From the human T2T-CHM13v2.0 reference genome, Homo sapiens, in assembly GCF_009914755.1 (NCBI RefSeq), contig NC_060925.1: DNA of 64,000 bases; one strand, 5' to 3'. This document shows, one piece after another, positions 13,261-26,164 of the stretch (position 1 is its first letter; every line of letters starts with the position of its first letter). The notes beneath the pieces are model-generated. The model did no database searches. It had not been told where the DNA came from and saw only the letters and a list, made by a program, of their open reading frames with translations. The translations under genes were made by a program, and so were the position numbers.

Positions 13261-14976
13261 AGACACAGCAATAAGCAAGATAGGTTATGACTTTTTCTCT
13301 CTCCTGAATATTCTAGTGGAGATCAGGGTCCAAATGTTTGTAATATTAAACACTGTAATATTAGGTTATGTATGTTACAGAATGACTGTGTCTCTTGCTA
13401 CAGACGTATAAACCAAAGGTAGTGCCTATAGCTAAAAACAGACAACTGAACAAAAATGTCGTATGTGCCAAGATGAAGAAGCAAGGCAAGAGGCAAGTAC
13501 TAGAAACCAAAGCAACTTAGATGACCATGAGGTGTCCACATGTCTTGATAAAGAGTGATGACTATCTGTCCACATAGAAAATATTTCATTTAATTATGCC
13601 TAGGAAAATATATGTTTATGGAGTACTTACATAGCATAAGGCAAAAGAAAACACACCTTTTAAAGATGCAGAGCAGCTGAACAATGAATAGGTGATATTG
13701 ATGACTGATATATTCTGATTTATAGTTAATTTAGATGAGCCTACTCTCCCCATAATTCTAACAGCTTTAACTATGCCACAGATTTTCTTGTGGATGAGGT
13801 TTATGTTAACCATGGCTGGTCAATGGTGGAAAGTAAGGATAAACAGGACCAAATATCTTAAAATTTTGAACTGTAGAAAAATCATAATACATTCTTTCAT
13901 TAAATTTTGATATAAGATGTGTGTCTTTAAGATCCCAGTCATGAGGATTTATTATAAAATGAGCTCAAATGTAAAGCAGAACTAGCATATGGATTATGAG
14001 CATGATATTAAACGAAGATATCAAGAACATGTAATTAGTTTTCAAGTAATTAAAAAACAAGAATAAAAGTTATTTTACGTTCTGATATAATTTTTTAAAA
14101 AACTCATCTATGTCAAAGGTAGACATTCGGAGCTACACATATGACCCATTTTTAGAATATCTCACTTCCCTAGTTTTCTCTTTAGTCTTTTTTACTTGTA
14201 ATAAGAAAAGCTTCAAACCCTTTGGCTAGTATTAATTGTACACAGCAAGTTGGAAAACACCTCTTATAGTATTCTTGAAAGTAAGAAAGTCTGTTTATTT
14301 TTGATGGAACATTTATTAGTTATGTTGATCCTGCAAATGTTAATGTCAAAGAGATAAACTATATGAATAATAATATTTTCTGTGAACTTGAAAAAAGAAA
14401 TGGTTTTAACATTATAAAGAGAGATGCATATTATTATCGCAACATTTAAAAAGTTTTGTAAACAGTATGAATTAAAAGTCAGATATTCACAATTAAAAAT
14501 AGAAGACAAATGATCAGATTTGGAAAGGTTGTTGAACGGCCGTGGCCATTTTTGTAGTGCACAGAAAGGCTAATGTTTAATCTGGTACTGTACCTTGGCA
14601 CACTTATATTCATTAACAAACATTGAGGAGAATGGATTCTCATTACAAATTTTTCAAATTATGTGACATAACGGGAAAACAACATTCAATTATTATGCTA
14701 GGTCCTGACACTCCAACATTTTTGCTTTTTTATATTTCTCACAGCTGGTGAAGAATGCCTATCTTGTCATCTTTTCAATGCTGGCTGATATATATTTGTT
14801 TCTAAATCAGTTGACATTTGTACTGGAAAGGGTTCAAGTACCTTCATCCTGTTCATTGTTACCTTATGCCTGTGGAATTTTACTGTACCACTCTGTAATA
14901 AAACTCTAGTCTCTTGGCTATTTTGTTCAGAAACCTGCGGTGATTTCCTAATTGCCTTCAAAATGAAGTTCTTTAA

Positions 14977-15611
<635 letters not shown>

Positions 15612-15735
15612 TCTACTGGCCATCTTCTTAACACAGTTATCTTCTACTATCCTCCACCTACCTCCTCGTCAACATCTGATTCTCCTAACTTTCAAGTATA
15701 TCTTGCACGTGTGCCTTTCTCCACATGTATCCAGC

Positions 15736-16099
15736 TGTATTAGTCTGTTCTCATGCTGCTAATAAAGATATATCTGAGGCTGGGTAATTTATAAAGAAAA
15801 AGAGGTTTAATGGACTCACAGTTCCACATGGCTGGGGAGGCCTCACAATCATGGTGGAAGGCGAAAGCAAACAAAGGCATGTGTTACATGGCAGCAGGCA
15901 AGAGAGCGTGTGCAGGGGAACTGCCCTTTATAAAACCATCAAACCTCATGAGATTTATTTACTATCAGGATAACAGCAAGGGAAAAACACGCCTCCATGA
16001 TTCAATTACCTCCTATTGGGCCCCTCCCACCAAACGTGGGGATTATGGGAGCTACAATTCAAGATGAGATTTGGGTGAGGGCACAGCCAAACCACATCA
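15736..16099 (-). mobile_element. THE1B/THE1C solo LTR, apparently inside an L2 remnant
   Basis: 'tgtattagtctgttctcatgctgct...cacagccaaaccacatca'; perfect TSD ccagc (15731-15735 / 16100-16104). Confidence 0.92.
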
Positions 16100-16374
16100 C
16101 CAGCTGTTCCCATTCCCCTTCTGTATTGTCTTCTCCAAATTAACACCACTTTTCAAGGCCTGGCTCAAATGTCACTGTCTCCAGGTGCCTTCCCAGGTTT
16201 TTCTCATGAGTTTTTTCCTCTGTGCTTCCAGTGTTCTTGTTCCCATTACTATTTTATCTCAGTATATTTAGCCTTGTATTCAAATTTTATTTTAAACTTG
16301 CCCGTCTCCTCATTATTATTAGGGCTTGTGTTGTTTTATATTTCTATAAATTGTATTACCTTTCATATTGTGTT

Positions 16375-16581
16375 TTTCCTATTGTACTTCTGAACAAAAT
16401 AATGTTTCACTGTTGGTCAAAATTAATAATTCATTGAAATATACCAAATGAACGCATACAAAATACGCTTGTAGGTTTAATTAGATCTCTGAATATAGCA
16501 GACCCAGACCCAGTCACAGTGTGATTTTTGCAATATGAATTGCAGTTCTTATTGCATAGATCATTCACTATCAGAGCAAGT
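16375..16581 (+). repeat. Local duplication, copy A (paralogous to 18411-18611)
   Basis: Shares exact 19-, 22- and 26-nt blocks with copy B in colinear order. Confidence 0.93.
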
Positions 16582-17369
16582 CTGTTGATTTATGTTGAAT
16601 TTTAGAATCCATGAATATGCATATATTACATATTGAGGTTAAAACAAAAATCCTTAATAGGGAATTAAGACAGGATATTTGTGAATGTTTCATGGCTAAA
16701 CGGGACTATGATAAGCTATGCCAATATATATTTTCAAAGTAAGCAGAAAAACAGGAAAAGAAACCTAATATACAGGCATTTTAGACACATAATTTAGCCT
16801 TAGGACAAGGTTCTGAAGCAAACAACACAAAGTTAAATGCCTCTAAGAGGTACATAGATAACAGAGATGTGGTATGCAATTTGAGTTATGATGGGTAACC
16901 TGCTAATAAAGGGAATAAATTGAGTTTTGCCATGAGCTAATGTGGGCCAATAATACCAAACTTAATCTTTTTTTTTTTTTTTTTGCATTATTTGTCAATT
17001 TTTATATGAGTTGTCACACAAAACTCTGGGTTTTTACCTTCTCTTGAAAAAATCTAAAGATTAAAAGAATCTCATAATTAGCAGTCTGTGACTTCTGTTC
17101 AAAGGCTCTTATAAAAGGTGATTGAAAAGAGAGAGACAAGCAAAATTAAATGTAGCAGTTGGAGAGAAGTGGAAAATCCAGTATACCTGTTTTGAAGTAC
17201 AGGTTGAAGATCACGAGTGATTTGTGAAAATTTAAATACAGAATAATAGCAGATATAGTCTAAGTAATGACATAACTATATTGATATGAAAGGTTGATTT
17301 CTGACTTTTGAGAGTTGATCTAATTATAACTTTTGAGAGTTGATTTTTGTTAGCATTGAGAACATTGTA

Positions 17370-17515
17370 CAAACATTTTCTCAGTCTTCTATATAAAACC
17401 TAATGGTATCATTATTTCAGATGAAGAAACTGAGACACAAAATTAAGCAACTTCTCTGAGATCCTTGCATAGCAGGAAATTAAACCCAGCTCTTTTGTAC
17501 TAGAATGTTAGTGTT
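17370..17515 (-). mobile_element. MIR fragment
   Basis: 'atttcagatgaagaaactgagacacaaaattaagcaactt...aaattaaacccagctct'. Confidence 0.75.
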
Positions 17516-18410
17516 CCTAGCAAACACGCTAATCTGTCTCCAATTATTTGGATCTAAAATCAGGTATATATATGTTTAGCTAGCATCTGCCCTTCACAGA
17601 GTTCATTATCTCTTGGGATTTATGATTAACTTCTTTCTGGGATTGAGAAACTAGTGACTAGCAGCTAGATGCTGGCAACTCAGCTGAAGTGGTTTGAAGA
17701 AGCTTACCAGGAACTAGCCAGTGCCCTAGTGGCCATCTCTGAAATATCCCTAGAACACCTGCCAGGCAACAGACTGGAGGGTTTATTCGTGTGCTGTTTG
17801 TACAGTTGAGAAAAAAGATACTGCCAAAAGCCCAGCCTGAAACAGCCTAAGGATTAAAAAAGAAGGAGCAAACTTGAAAGATGTAGATTGAGTAAATATG
17901 TAGGACTGATTTGGCACTCAGTCCAATGTGTACAATAAAAGAAAAAGCATGAGTCAGTAATTTGCATGAGGTTTCTCTCTTAGGATTTTACTGAGTAGAA
18001 TAGAAAGGATGATTAGAAGGGAATATGAAAAGAGGTAGTATTTTTGTGTCAACAGAAATAGGTCAATAAAATATATAATATGTAGTTTGGTTATATGGGG
18101 TGATGGTTCTGGCCATATTGATGCTAATTGAATAAAAATCATTGTTATCAATTTCTAGTATAATTGAAGAGCTTTCCAAAAAATTATTCATCTATCATAT
18201 TTTATTTTTAATCATTAAATTTACGTTTTTTTTAATCTGAAGGCTAAAGTTTGTCTTTTATTCTCTTGACAAAACATTGACAAGCTGAGAAAAACACACA
18301 CGGAGTGCTTTTGATGGGCAAATATGAGTCATGCTGCGTTGGATGAGTAACCTATGAGTGAATTTTGGCCATTTTGTTTTGAGCTGTCAGATAAATTTCT
18401 CTTGGGCATC

Positions 18411-18611
18411 TTTCCTATTGCTGTGCATCTGAGCAAAATAATATTTTATTGTTGGTCATAATTAATAATTCATTGAAACATACCAAATGAATGCACTCAA
18501 AATATAGATGTAAATCTTATTAGATCTCTGAATATAGCAGTTCCAGTCACAGTATGATTTTTGCAATATGAATTGCAGTTGTATGTTAGATCCTTTTCTC
18601 TCAGAACAAGT
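18411..18611 (+). repeat. Local duplication, copy B (paralogous to 16375-16581)
   Basis: Colinear with copy A, roughly 80-85% identical by eye. Confidence 0.93.
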
Positions 18612-20254
18612 TGAGAATTATAATATTAAAAAATTGACAAATTACTTTCTGCTTATAAATGAGAAAACAGATTTGTAAAATGTGAAATGAGCCATTCTAG
18701 CAAAGTAGACTTTGAGCTTCAAGTGTAAACAGTTCAGTTAATGGCTGGGGTTTCTCAATCTCAGAAGCTCTGGTGCATGGGGAGGGTGAAGCAGAGGTTA
18801 TGGGAGCTCTTCAGCATTTTACTGAGAACATCCTTATAGGATTTAATTAGGCAGATTACCTGTTATGCATGGTGTAGTGTGCTGAACAGTTTTAAACTGG
18901 TATATCCTCGAGGCAAATGGAAGGCAAAGTCATAAGGAATTACATTCTACACAAATAACTCAGAGTATTTTATTAGTGGGCCTCATAGAAATAAAATCTT
19001 CCTTGCCAATGCACCATTTAATGTTTAACTCAATTGAGTACCAAAGAATTGGTTAAATGTTCAACGGCCATCTAGATTTATGGATCCAACCTGACCACCC
19101 TTTCAGTATTTTTTTTTTCTAGTAACAGCGTTGGAGCTTTGAAATAAAACAAAATACCTTTAGTTTATAACAGCATGTGCTTTATTCTACATTACCAGAT
19201 AATAGCACCAGTATAATTGTTTACAAGAAAGATAAATCTGGTTTTTGAAAAACAGTAATATTTTATAATTAGAACTTCAAAAAGTAAAATTGCTTAAAAT
19301 ACCCCAATGAACAGTACTGTTTACTAATCACTTCAGGATGCAAATGTTAACTTGCTACGTATATGCTAAATTCCTGAATCTACTTAATCACTTTATTCAC
19401 CTAACCACCTACAGGGAAGGGTCACTGTGTCAAGCAATCCTGAATGGTATTTTGTGTGAATTGGGAACAAAGCTTTTAAAGGCCAGAGGTTTAGGAACAT
19501 AAACCAGATGTGCTCATTTTAAAAAGTCTACTTAGTTTGTGGAGGAGAAAGGTCAGCCTCTTAGATCTTTTAAAAATCTTACTGTCAAACACATTCCATG
19601 GAAACTAAGCATTTTAATATTCTTAGAGGGCTGCTTCACTGACTTTTTTTTTGATAAAATGTTTGCTCTGATCTGTGTTGTACATGAGTCTATTCTACAT
19701 TTAGAGTACAATAAGATTTCCTTAACCTTTTAAAAACCCCCAAAATAAGTTAGAATATTTATTTAGACTTTTATTCCACAGAAATGATGTTGAATTATTT
19801 TTTAAAATTGTAATTCTAAACACAAATGTCTGATTTAAATGCCAATTCTCAATTATTTGCCAAGTACAAATCTAGGTCACAAATTGGCTATTAAAAGGAA
19901 TAATTTATAAAGATATATTTATATAAAAGTGAATGACTTTCCTCTTTAGGGTGACGATACACATGATGTCTAGTGCTCACTTTCACTATAATTCTGTTTT
20001 AAAAGAATTTATTGAAATTCATGCTTCAATACTTCTGCAGCATATAAATTACATTGAATTTTTGTTTAGACTATTTTTATACTATTCATCCAATTATTCA
20101 TGAGAAATAGGTATTTCTTTATGATAATAGTTCAGATTTACATTCTCCTAACTCTTAAGTTATTCCAGTATTTCAGCTGTTACTGGTGCCATCTAATCTC
20201 ACCTCTGAAAGCAGAGTTGTGTGTATTTAGCAATACATACTCTGATATCCTATG

Positions 20255-20690
20255 GCCTTGGGATGAGTCCCGCATATTAGCTATATGATCTTGGGTAAAG
20301 TTAAATTTTTAAATTATTTAATTTCAATATCTGTTTCATTTGGTCAATATGACTAAATGAGAAAATACATGATATGCTAACACAGTGCCTGGCACCACAG
20401 TACTGAGTACATTGCAAACTTTTACAAAATTTTACCTACTCTATCCAATCACATAACAAGTCAAGCAGTATCTCAGCCTAAGAAACGGCTGTAGAGTTTG
20501 AAAAGTGTTGGGCTTATCTTCTCGTTCTGACCCTCTGATCTCAGGCAACATCCTTAAAATATCTTAGTCTTTTAAAGGCCTATATTAAAGCAAATATTTT
20601 AAATGCTTATATTAAAATAGGTTCTTTGAATTATTATAAAAATATGAGATAACGTTTGAAATGACCTAGTACCATTTCTCAATAAAGTTA
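20255..20690 (+). mobile_element. Two adjacent degenerate MIR fragments
   Basis: 'tagctatatgatcttgggtaaagtta...aacacagtgcctggcac' and 'tgatctcaggcaacatcctt...tgagataacgtttgaaatgacctag'. Confidence 0.55.
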
Positions 20691-20733
20691 TTTAAAATTT
20701 AATTTGTAATGCTTTATCAATGTTATGTCTAGC

Positions 20734-20805
20734 CTCAGTTTAAATGCAGGTTATTTTTAAACTATAGTAAATAACAATTTAAAAATAACCTGAATTTAAA
20801 CTGAG
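20734..20805. repeat. Inverted repeat: 28-bp arms (1 mismatch), 16-nt loop
   Basis: ctcagtttaaatgcaggttatttttaaa (20734-20761) and tttaaaaataacctgaatttaaactgag (20778-20805). Confidence 0.97.
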
Positions 20806-20837
20806 ACAAGACTCACATCTGCATCAGTGGATTCGGT

Positions 20838-20955
20838 GTTTTGGCAGAGCCTATGAATTTCTTCCTGACATCTGTTTCTCCCTTTCTTAGTAATAGAATT
20901 CCTGATTTTTAGCTAGCCACATGGACATCTGGAATAAATGTTACATTTCATGGCC
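20838..20955 (+). mobile_element. LTR33-like ERVL LTR fragment
   Basis: 'ttcttagtaatagaattcctgatttttagctagccacatggacatctggaataaatgttacatttc' matches recalled LTR33 5' sequence. Confidence 0.7.
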
Positions 20956-21189
20956 TAAGTACCCTGTTTACTAGCAGAGAAACGAATGTTGAACCTCTAA
21001 TATAACACCATAACTTGGAGAAAACACCTACCTCCCGGTAAAATGTCGCTTACGTGTATTTTTCTTTTTTTGATAATAGAATAAGTAACAATTTGCCCAT
21101 AGTGAAATACACACTTATTCTGAATGCAGATTTGTCTTCTTTGCCCACAGTGATTCTACAAACAACATTCCTAAGTTTACTGCATTCAT

Positions 21190-22410
21190 TCTTCACTCTA
21201 AAATATCCGCATATGATTCCTTCTGACCAAGAATTTTGCTTTACAGCAAAAAAAGCAGAGCAAGGGGATAATTGCCACAGCACTAAAGAGTCATATCATG
21301 TACTCCATCATCCAGAGTCAGAGAGCCTTTTAAGAGAGTGGAAGACTATATGTACTGCTCAGTAATGTTACCAACTAGAAAATAATTTCATATGATTTGT
21401 TGATGTGTACATATGGATTATCTTCTTAACCAACAAGCATAATGGTGTTTTTTGTTTGTTTGTTTTTGTCACAGCTGAAATACATGAGTCTGGGAGGTAA
21501 GAATGGGGGTAGGAGGGTCACCTCTCACTGTTTCACTTTATGACCCATTTACAAAATGCTGCTTTCAATTCCTGTGATCTTGACCTCTCCTGGCTTGGAG
21601 ATCTTAGTACTCAAGGAAGAAATTCTTCCATCAGGGAACACAACGATAGCTCAATTGGAGTCAGACTTGAGCTTGCCACCTGGCCATTCCAGGTTTCTCA
21701 TGATATTTATTCAGTATTTACACAGAATGTTACAAGGTGGGTGAGTGTGATTGATCCTCATTAATCAGGGGAAATAAGGTGACCATTGTGCATTAGGGAC
21801 ACAGGAAATATTTGGAAACCAGTGCATTCTTTTGTGTGCCTGATAGAACTGTCATATCCATTGCAAATAATAATAATAATGGCAAAACTGTAGCATTTCA
21901 ATATAAGGAAGTCTTCTAAGAACTCAGACCATTCAGATGTGAATGTTTGAATTACCCATCCAAACTCCTGTTAGGCACTGGATGAGAAGCAAGTAGAAAA
22001 CGGACTTGAAGGAGCAGGACCAAAATTATAAATACCAACTATGATATCACTACCAGCTGTACAAATGAGGTCTTCAGTGGCTAACATATTGTTCCTTGTT
22101 CTGTTATGTGTATATTTTTATTAGCTAACTTTACTTTTTTCCTTCATCTCTTCCTTTCTCCTATAATTTTATATTCAGTGTGGGTGGTGGTTAACTTTAT
22201 AATTTTATCCTTGGTTCAGGGTTGTGACAGAATTAGAGGAGAAATGATCACACAGAGATGAAATCAGTGCTTGCTAGAACTCATTTTAATTTATAGAGAG
22301 ATATTGCATCATGTTAGCTGGCATCATATTGTGTTTCCAAATGCTCCTGTTTGGAAGCTTAAATTTGGGATGAAGGGTATGTACGGATGACAAATATTTC
22401 CAGCAGAAGT
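21190..22410 (+). mobile_element. ERV-L (class III) internal remnant: decayed integrase core plus dUTPase region
   Basis: Translations 'SDQEFCFTAK...SYHVLHHPESESLLREWK' (cf. ERV-L IN SDQGTHFTAK...WSYHVPHHPEAAGLIERWN), 'GLEILVLKEEILPSGNTT...LSLPPGHSRFLM' and 'VIDPH' (ERV-L dUTPase-like); interrupted by stops and frameshifts. Confidence 0.85.
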
Positions 22411-22961
22411 TTTGTAGGTACTGTGCCTTGGCTCCCACACAACCTCCATTCCAATCACTTTTTGGTGTGCTATCCTGTACTGAAAAGGCTAGATAATCCA
22501 AACTGTATTTCCCAATCTTCTCATCTCGGGAGTTCTGTTGTAATTTAGTGTCTGCCAAACACATTTTGTAAGTTTTAGATTTGAAACTGAGTTATGGCAA
22601 GAGAAGAAGAACCTAATGCAATCATTTCTGATGATAAAGTTTGTAGCAGAAGCATCAAGGATCCTAACTAGATGACTCTCTGCCATGATGTGGGAAGAAT
22701 TCCCCATTGGGGCAAAGACAGTGGGGCTCTGTGTTCTGCCCCTTCCTGATTCAGTGGCTTCTTATAGTCGTGGGAACAGCTTTCCTGCTAATATCAGAGG
22801 CACTGTGATCAAAAGGTCTGGGGGGAATATTTGTCCTCTCTGAGCTTGATCCACTCACTCAATCTTACAATAATTCTATTTGGTCAATCTATAATTTAAT
22901 TAACTTCATCATAACAATTATTCATTCTGAATCTGCCCCCACGAAATTGAAATATTAGTAC
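22411..22961 (+). mobile_element. Probable 3' ERVL LTR (LTR16/33-group) of the remnant above
   Basis: Begins 'tgtagg' after the internal region, contains 'aaactgtatttccca', ends near 'tagtaca'; subfamily and end uncertain. Confidence 0.45.
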
Positions 22962-23935
22962 AAAGATGAAGATGATGTGATGCCTTTGTTGAAGGAACTC
23001 ACACTCATAGGAAGAGAGATAGTCACTATGATGCAAATCAGACTGCAATATAATAGAATTAAAAATTACATGCTATAGGAACATTGCAAGTAATTCTATT
23101 TGTTGTTGGATAAGGTTCCATACTCTTTGGGCCCTAATTAGAGTAAACTGAGCAGAATTTTAATAAAGAATTTAGGTGGTACAGGAATGGTTCCTCAGCA
23201 TTTCAGGCTGAGGTATTGGAATTCTGTGGTTGGGCTAAGTGACTGTCAGATGAATACAGATGAAGAGTGAGTTTTTCCATTACTGGAAAACCCAAAGTGT
23301 GAGTGTGAATGGGAGATCTAGGGGAATAAATCTAGAAAAATAGGCTGGAGATCAGGTTGCATTGAGACCTAAATGCAATGGGAGTTTACATTTTGTTTTG
23401 TGGGGGTGGGTTTTTTTTTTGGTTTATTTTGTAGGCAACAAAAATTACAAAGCTCAGTTGAAGAAAGGAAATTATGGAGCTACCATATAGATTAAATTAA
23501 ATGTGAAAACGAGAGGAGTATGAGGAGGCTAATTAGGACGTTATCACAATAGGAAAGGATATAACCTAAGGCAATAATGTGGGAATGAAGACTAGCAGAT
23601 AGACTTTATAAATACCATGGAACAAAAATGAACAGGGCTTGGCTTCCTATTAAATGTGAAAGTTGATTAAATATTTGGACTTGAAAATGGCTTTTGAATC
23701 CCTGAAGGCATGAAGATGCTGGTGGCTTCAACAGGGGCAGGGCCATGAGGGGCAGGGCCATGTGGGTGTGACTGGAAATTTATAGAGTTCTCTTCTGATT
23801 TGTTGCACTAGAAATTTGTATGGTTTATAAGATCTAGCTGGAGATGCCCTGCAGATTGTTAAAGTCTAGAAGTTAAAATAGAAGCCAAGATTATAGATGC
23901 AGATTTCAGAGCCATATTTAGGAATTCGAGGTGGT
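22962..23935 (-). mobile_element. L2 fragment(s)
   Basis: Purine-rich antisense L2 motifs ('aaggaactcacactc', 'gaggctaattagga', 'tctagctggagatgccctgcag...gatgcagatttcagagcc'). Confidence 0.55.
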
Positions 23936-25029
23936 ATTAAATAATGCCAATCCCCACCATTGCTGTTTGTCACAGTGGGCCTCATACTGCACCAGCAATT
24001 TTTGCAACAGTTAGGAATGACATCTATGTAGCTAATAAAATGGTAAAAATTAATGAAGAGAAGTTGATAAGTATGAACAAAGTATTTTTTTTAGCTCATT
24101 GAGATGCTCCTGGGGACTCCTACTCTATATTGGTTGAGATTTGGGAGGAAGTCAGAAAAAATTTAGTTATTCCTGTTATTATAAACCTCTTTTTACTTAA
24201 TACTTGATGAGGTTTGGAAAACTCAAAGTATGAAATATCAAAAAGTTTTATTTAAAAATTTTTATGGGCAATTTTTTCTCCTAAACATGTTCCTCATTCT
24301 GAATGAGTCAATGGATTTCAGCAAGCTTACAAAATTGATAGGATTTTTGAAGTGGTAGTAAAAACTCACATTGCCGTATACATTTAAATCACTTCTTCCA
24401 ATTTGGTTATGCTAGAAAGTAAATCTTGTTACAACCCATCCTCTTCAGAGATACCCATCTTTTTTTCTCTTTCCTAAGATATATCTGCTCTTTTGTCTCT
24501 TCCTCTTTGTTTCTTGATAAAATAGACTGAGATTCTGTTTCTCAGTTGCTCCTTCATAAACATTCCAAAGAAAATACAAACAACCACCAAAATTTTGAAG
24601 ACAAAATTGTCTGATGGTATACTCACATATGAGTTAACAATAAGCATTGAAATTTTTATTCAAAAAGAAATTTGATCTACATAACTTACTGTGAAAAGAA
24701 AAATCATAGTTCCAAACTGTTGACTTTTCCATCATTGAAGATTTTGATAGTTTTTTGTGTGTATGTAGCAGTTCAATAGATAAACACGCACACACACACA
24801 CCTACAACTGCTACCTGTGATATAATTCCAATCAAAAGAAATTGCAAAGAAAGGAAAACAGTTAACAAGTGTTATCAAAAAGTAAAATATGATAATACGA
24901 ATCAGTGTCGTGGGTGTACTTTTAATTAAATGGCAATATGTAGTAAATACCAGTATGTACAGAATATTAGCAAAGTACTTTGTGTTAGAGGAACAAAGTC
25001 AAAGAAATCTATCTACTTAGTGTCCTGAA

Positions 25030-25190
25030 AACATAGACTTTTAGAGCTGGAACTTTTCTCAGAGGCAACATAGCTCAATCCCCTCATTTCATTCATGAGG
25101 AAACTTAATGCTAGACAGGCAAAGTGATTGCCCTTGCTTTTATGGCTATTAATGTCAGATGGAAGAAATAAGAGTGGATCTACTACTTAA
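25030..25190 (-). mobile_element. MIR/MIR3 fragment
   Basis: 'tagagctggaac...atagctcaatcccctcattt...atgaggaaact...aaagtgattgccc'. Confidence 0.65.
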
Positions 25191-25425
25191 CTGAGAACTT
25201 ATAATAACCTATACAGGTATTTATTGCCTGCTTTTTTCTCTTAATTTCAAAGAAAACAACTGAGAGTTAGAAATTTGTGATAAAGATTTAATGACTTTTT
25301 TTCTCTCAGCCATAATTGGAAATATCTATATATAAAAACATCAATTGCTGAATATTCTCTGCCAATACGGAAAAAGGTTCCCATATAAATAATATGCTTT
25401 GTAGGCCAGCACAAAATGTATAGCC

Positions 25426-25957
25426 CCATGGTTTCCAAACTCTCTGTTAGGTGCCTTGGGTGCTACAAGAAACTCACAGAACCACTGTAAGAAATTTTTA
25501 AATTTTGAAATATTCTTCTACTCAATCTCTGTCAAATACCATCCAAATTGCTAGTTAGAGGTAGTTCAAAATTTCATCATTAGATTGTTACATTATTTGT
25601 AGTGGTGTCATATATTTGCAAAGCTAGGATTTTGGCAATTCCTGTGATAAAAAAACAAGTCTCATGCAAAAAACAATGTGTCACAGGAAATTAAGATGGT
25701 GGTATTTGATCAAATTATGCTGTTTGAGTGTGCAGTACTCAGTAGACATAGGCATCCCATCTGTATGGAATTGTATTTATCTAAAATAAAATAACATTTT
25801 TTCTTTTAATTTCTGTGCATTTTTTCAAATGCTTATTAAATTTTTTGAACTTAATTACTTAATAAATGAAACAAATATCTATTCTGGCCTCAGGGTACAT
25901 GAAATAGTTATTGAAACATCAACAGTACTATCAATCTAGAAAGTCTAGAGACCACAT
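25426..25957 (+). mobile_element. hAT-Charlie non-autonomous DNA transposon (MER119-like)
   Basis: Degenerate ends 'catggtttccaaact' / 'agtctagagaccac'; 5' part 'aactcacagaaccactgtaagaaatttttaaattttga' matches recalled MER119; internal transposase C-terminal-like sequence. Confidence 0.6.
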
Positions 25958-26164
25958 AGGTACCATTCTTTTCTAATTTGGACAGATCAAGTGACCACCT
26001 GCAAGTGAAGATGGAGAAAATTTTACCTAAAAACAGGGTTCTGTGAAGAAATACAGAGAAAGAAGGAAGGTTTCTTAACGCTGAAAGTGGACTTGTATCC
26101 TAAACACATATTTTCATAGGATAATTTAAAATAACTTTTGCTAGCTTTTATTGCATATTTTTGC

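Noticed and set aside
17718-17736. CTCF-like motif (cagtgccctagtggcca)
   Set aside because: The reverse complement CCACTAGGGCAC lacks the correctly spaced GGC of the CCACYAGRKGGC core.
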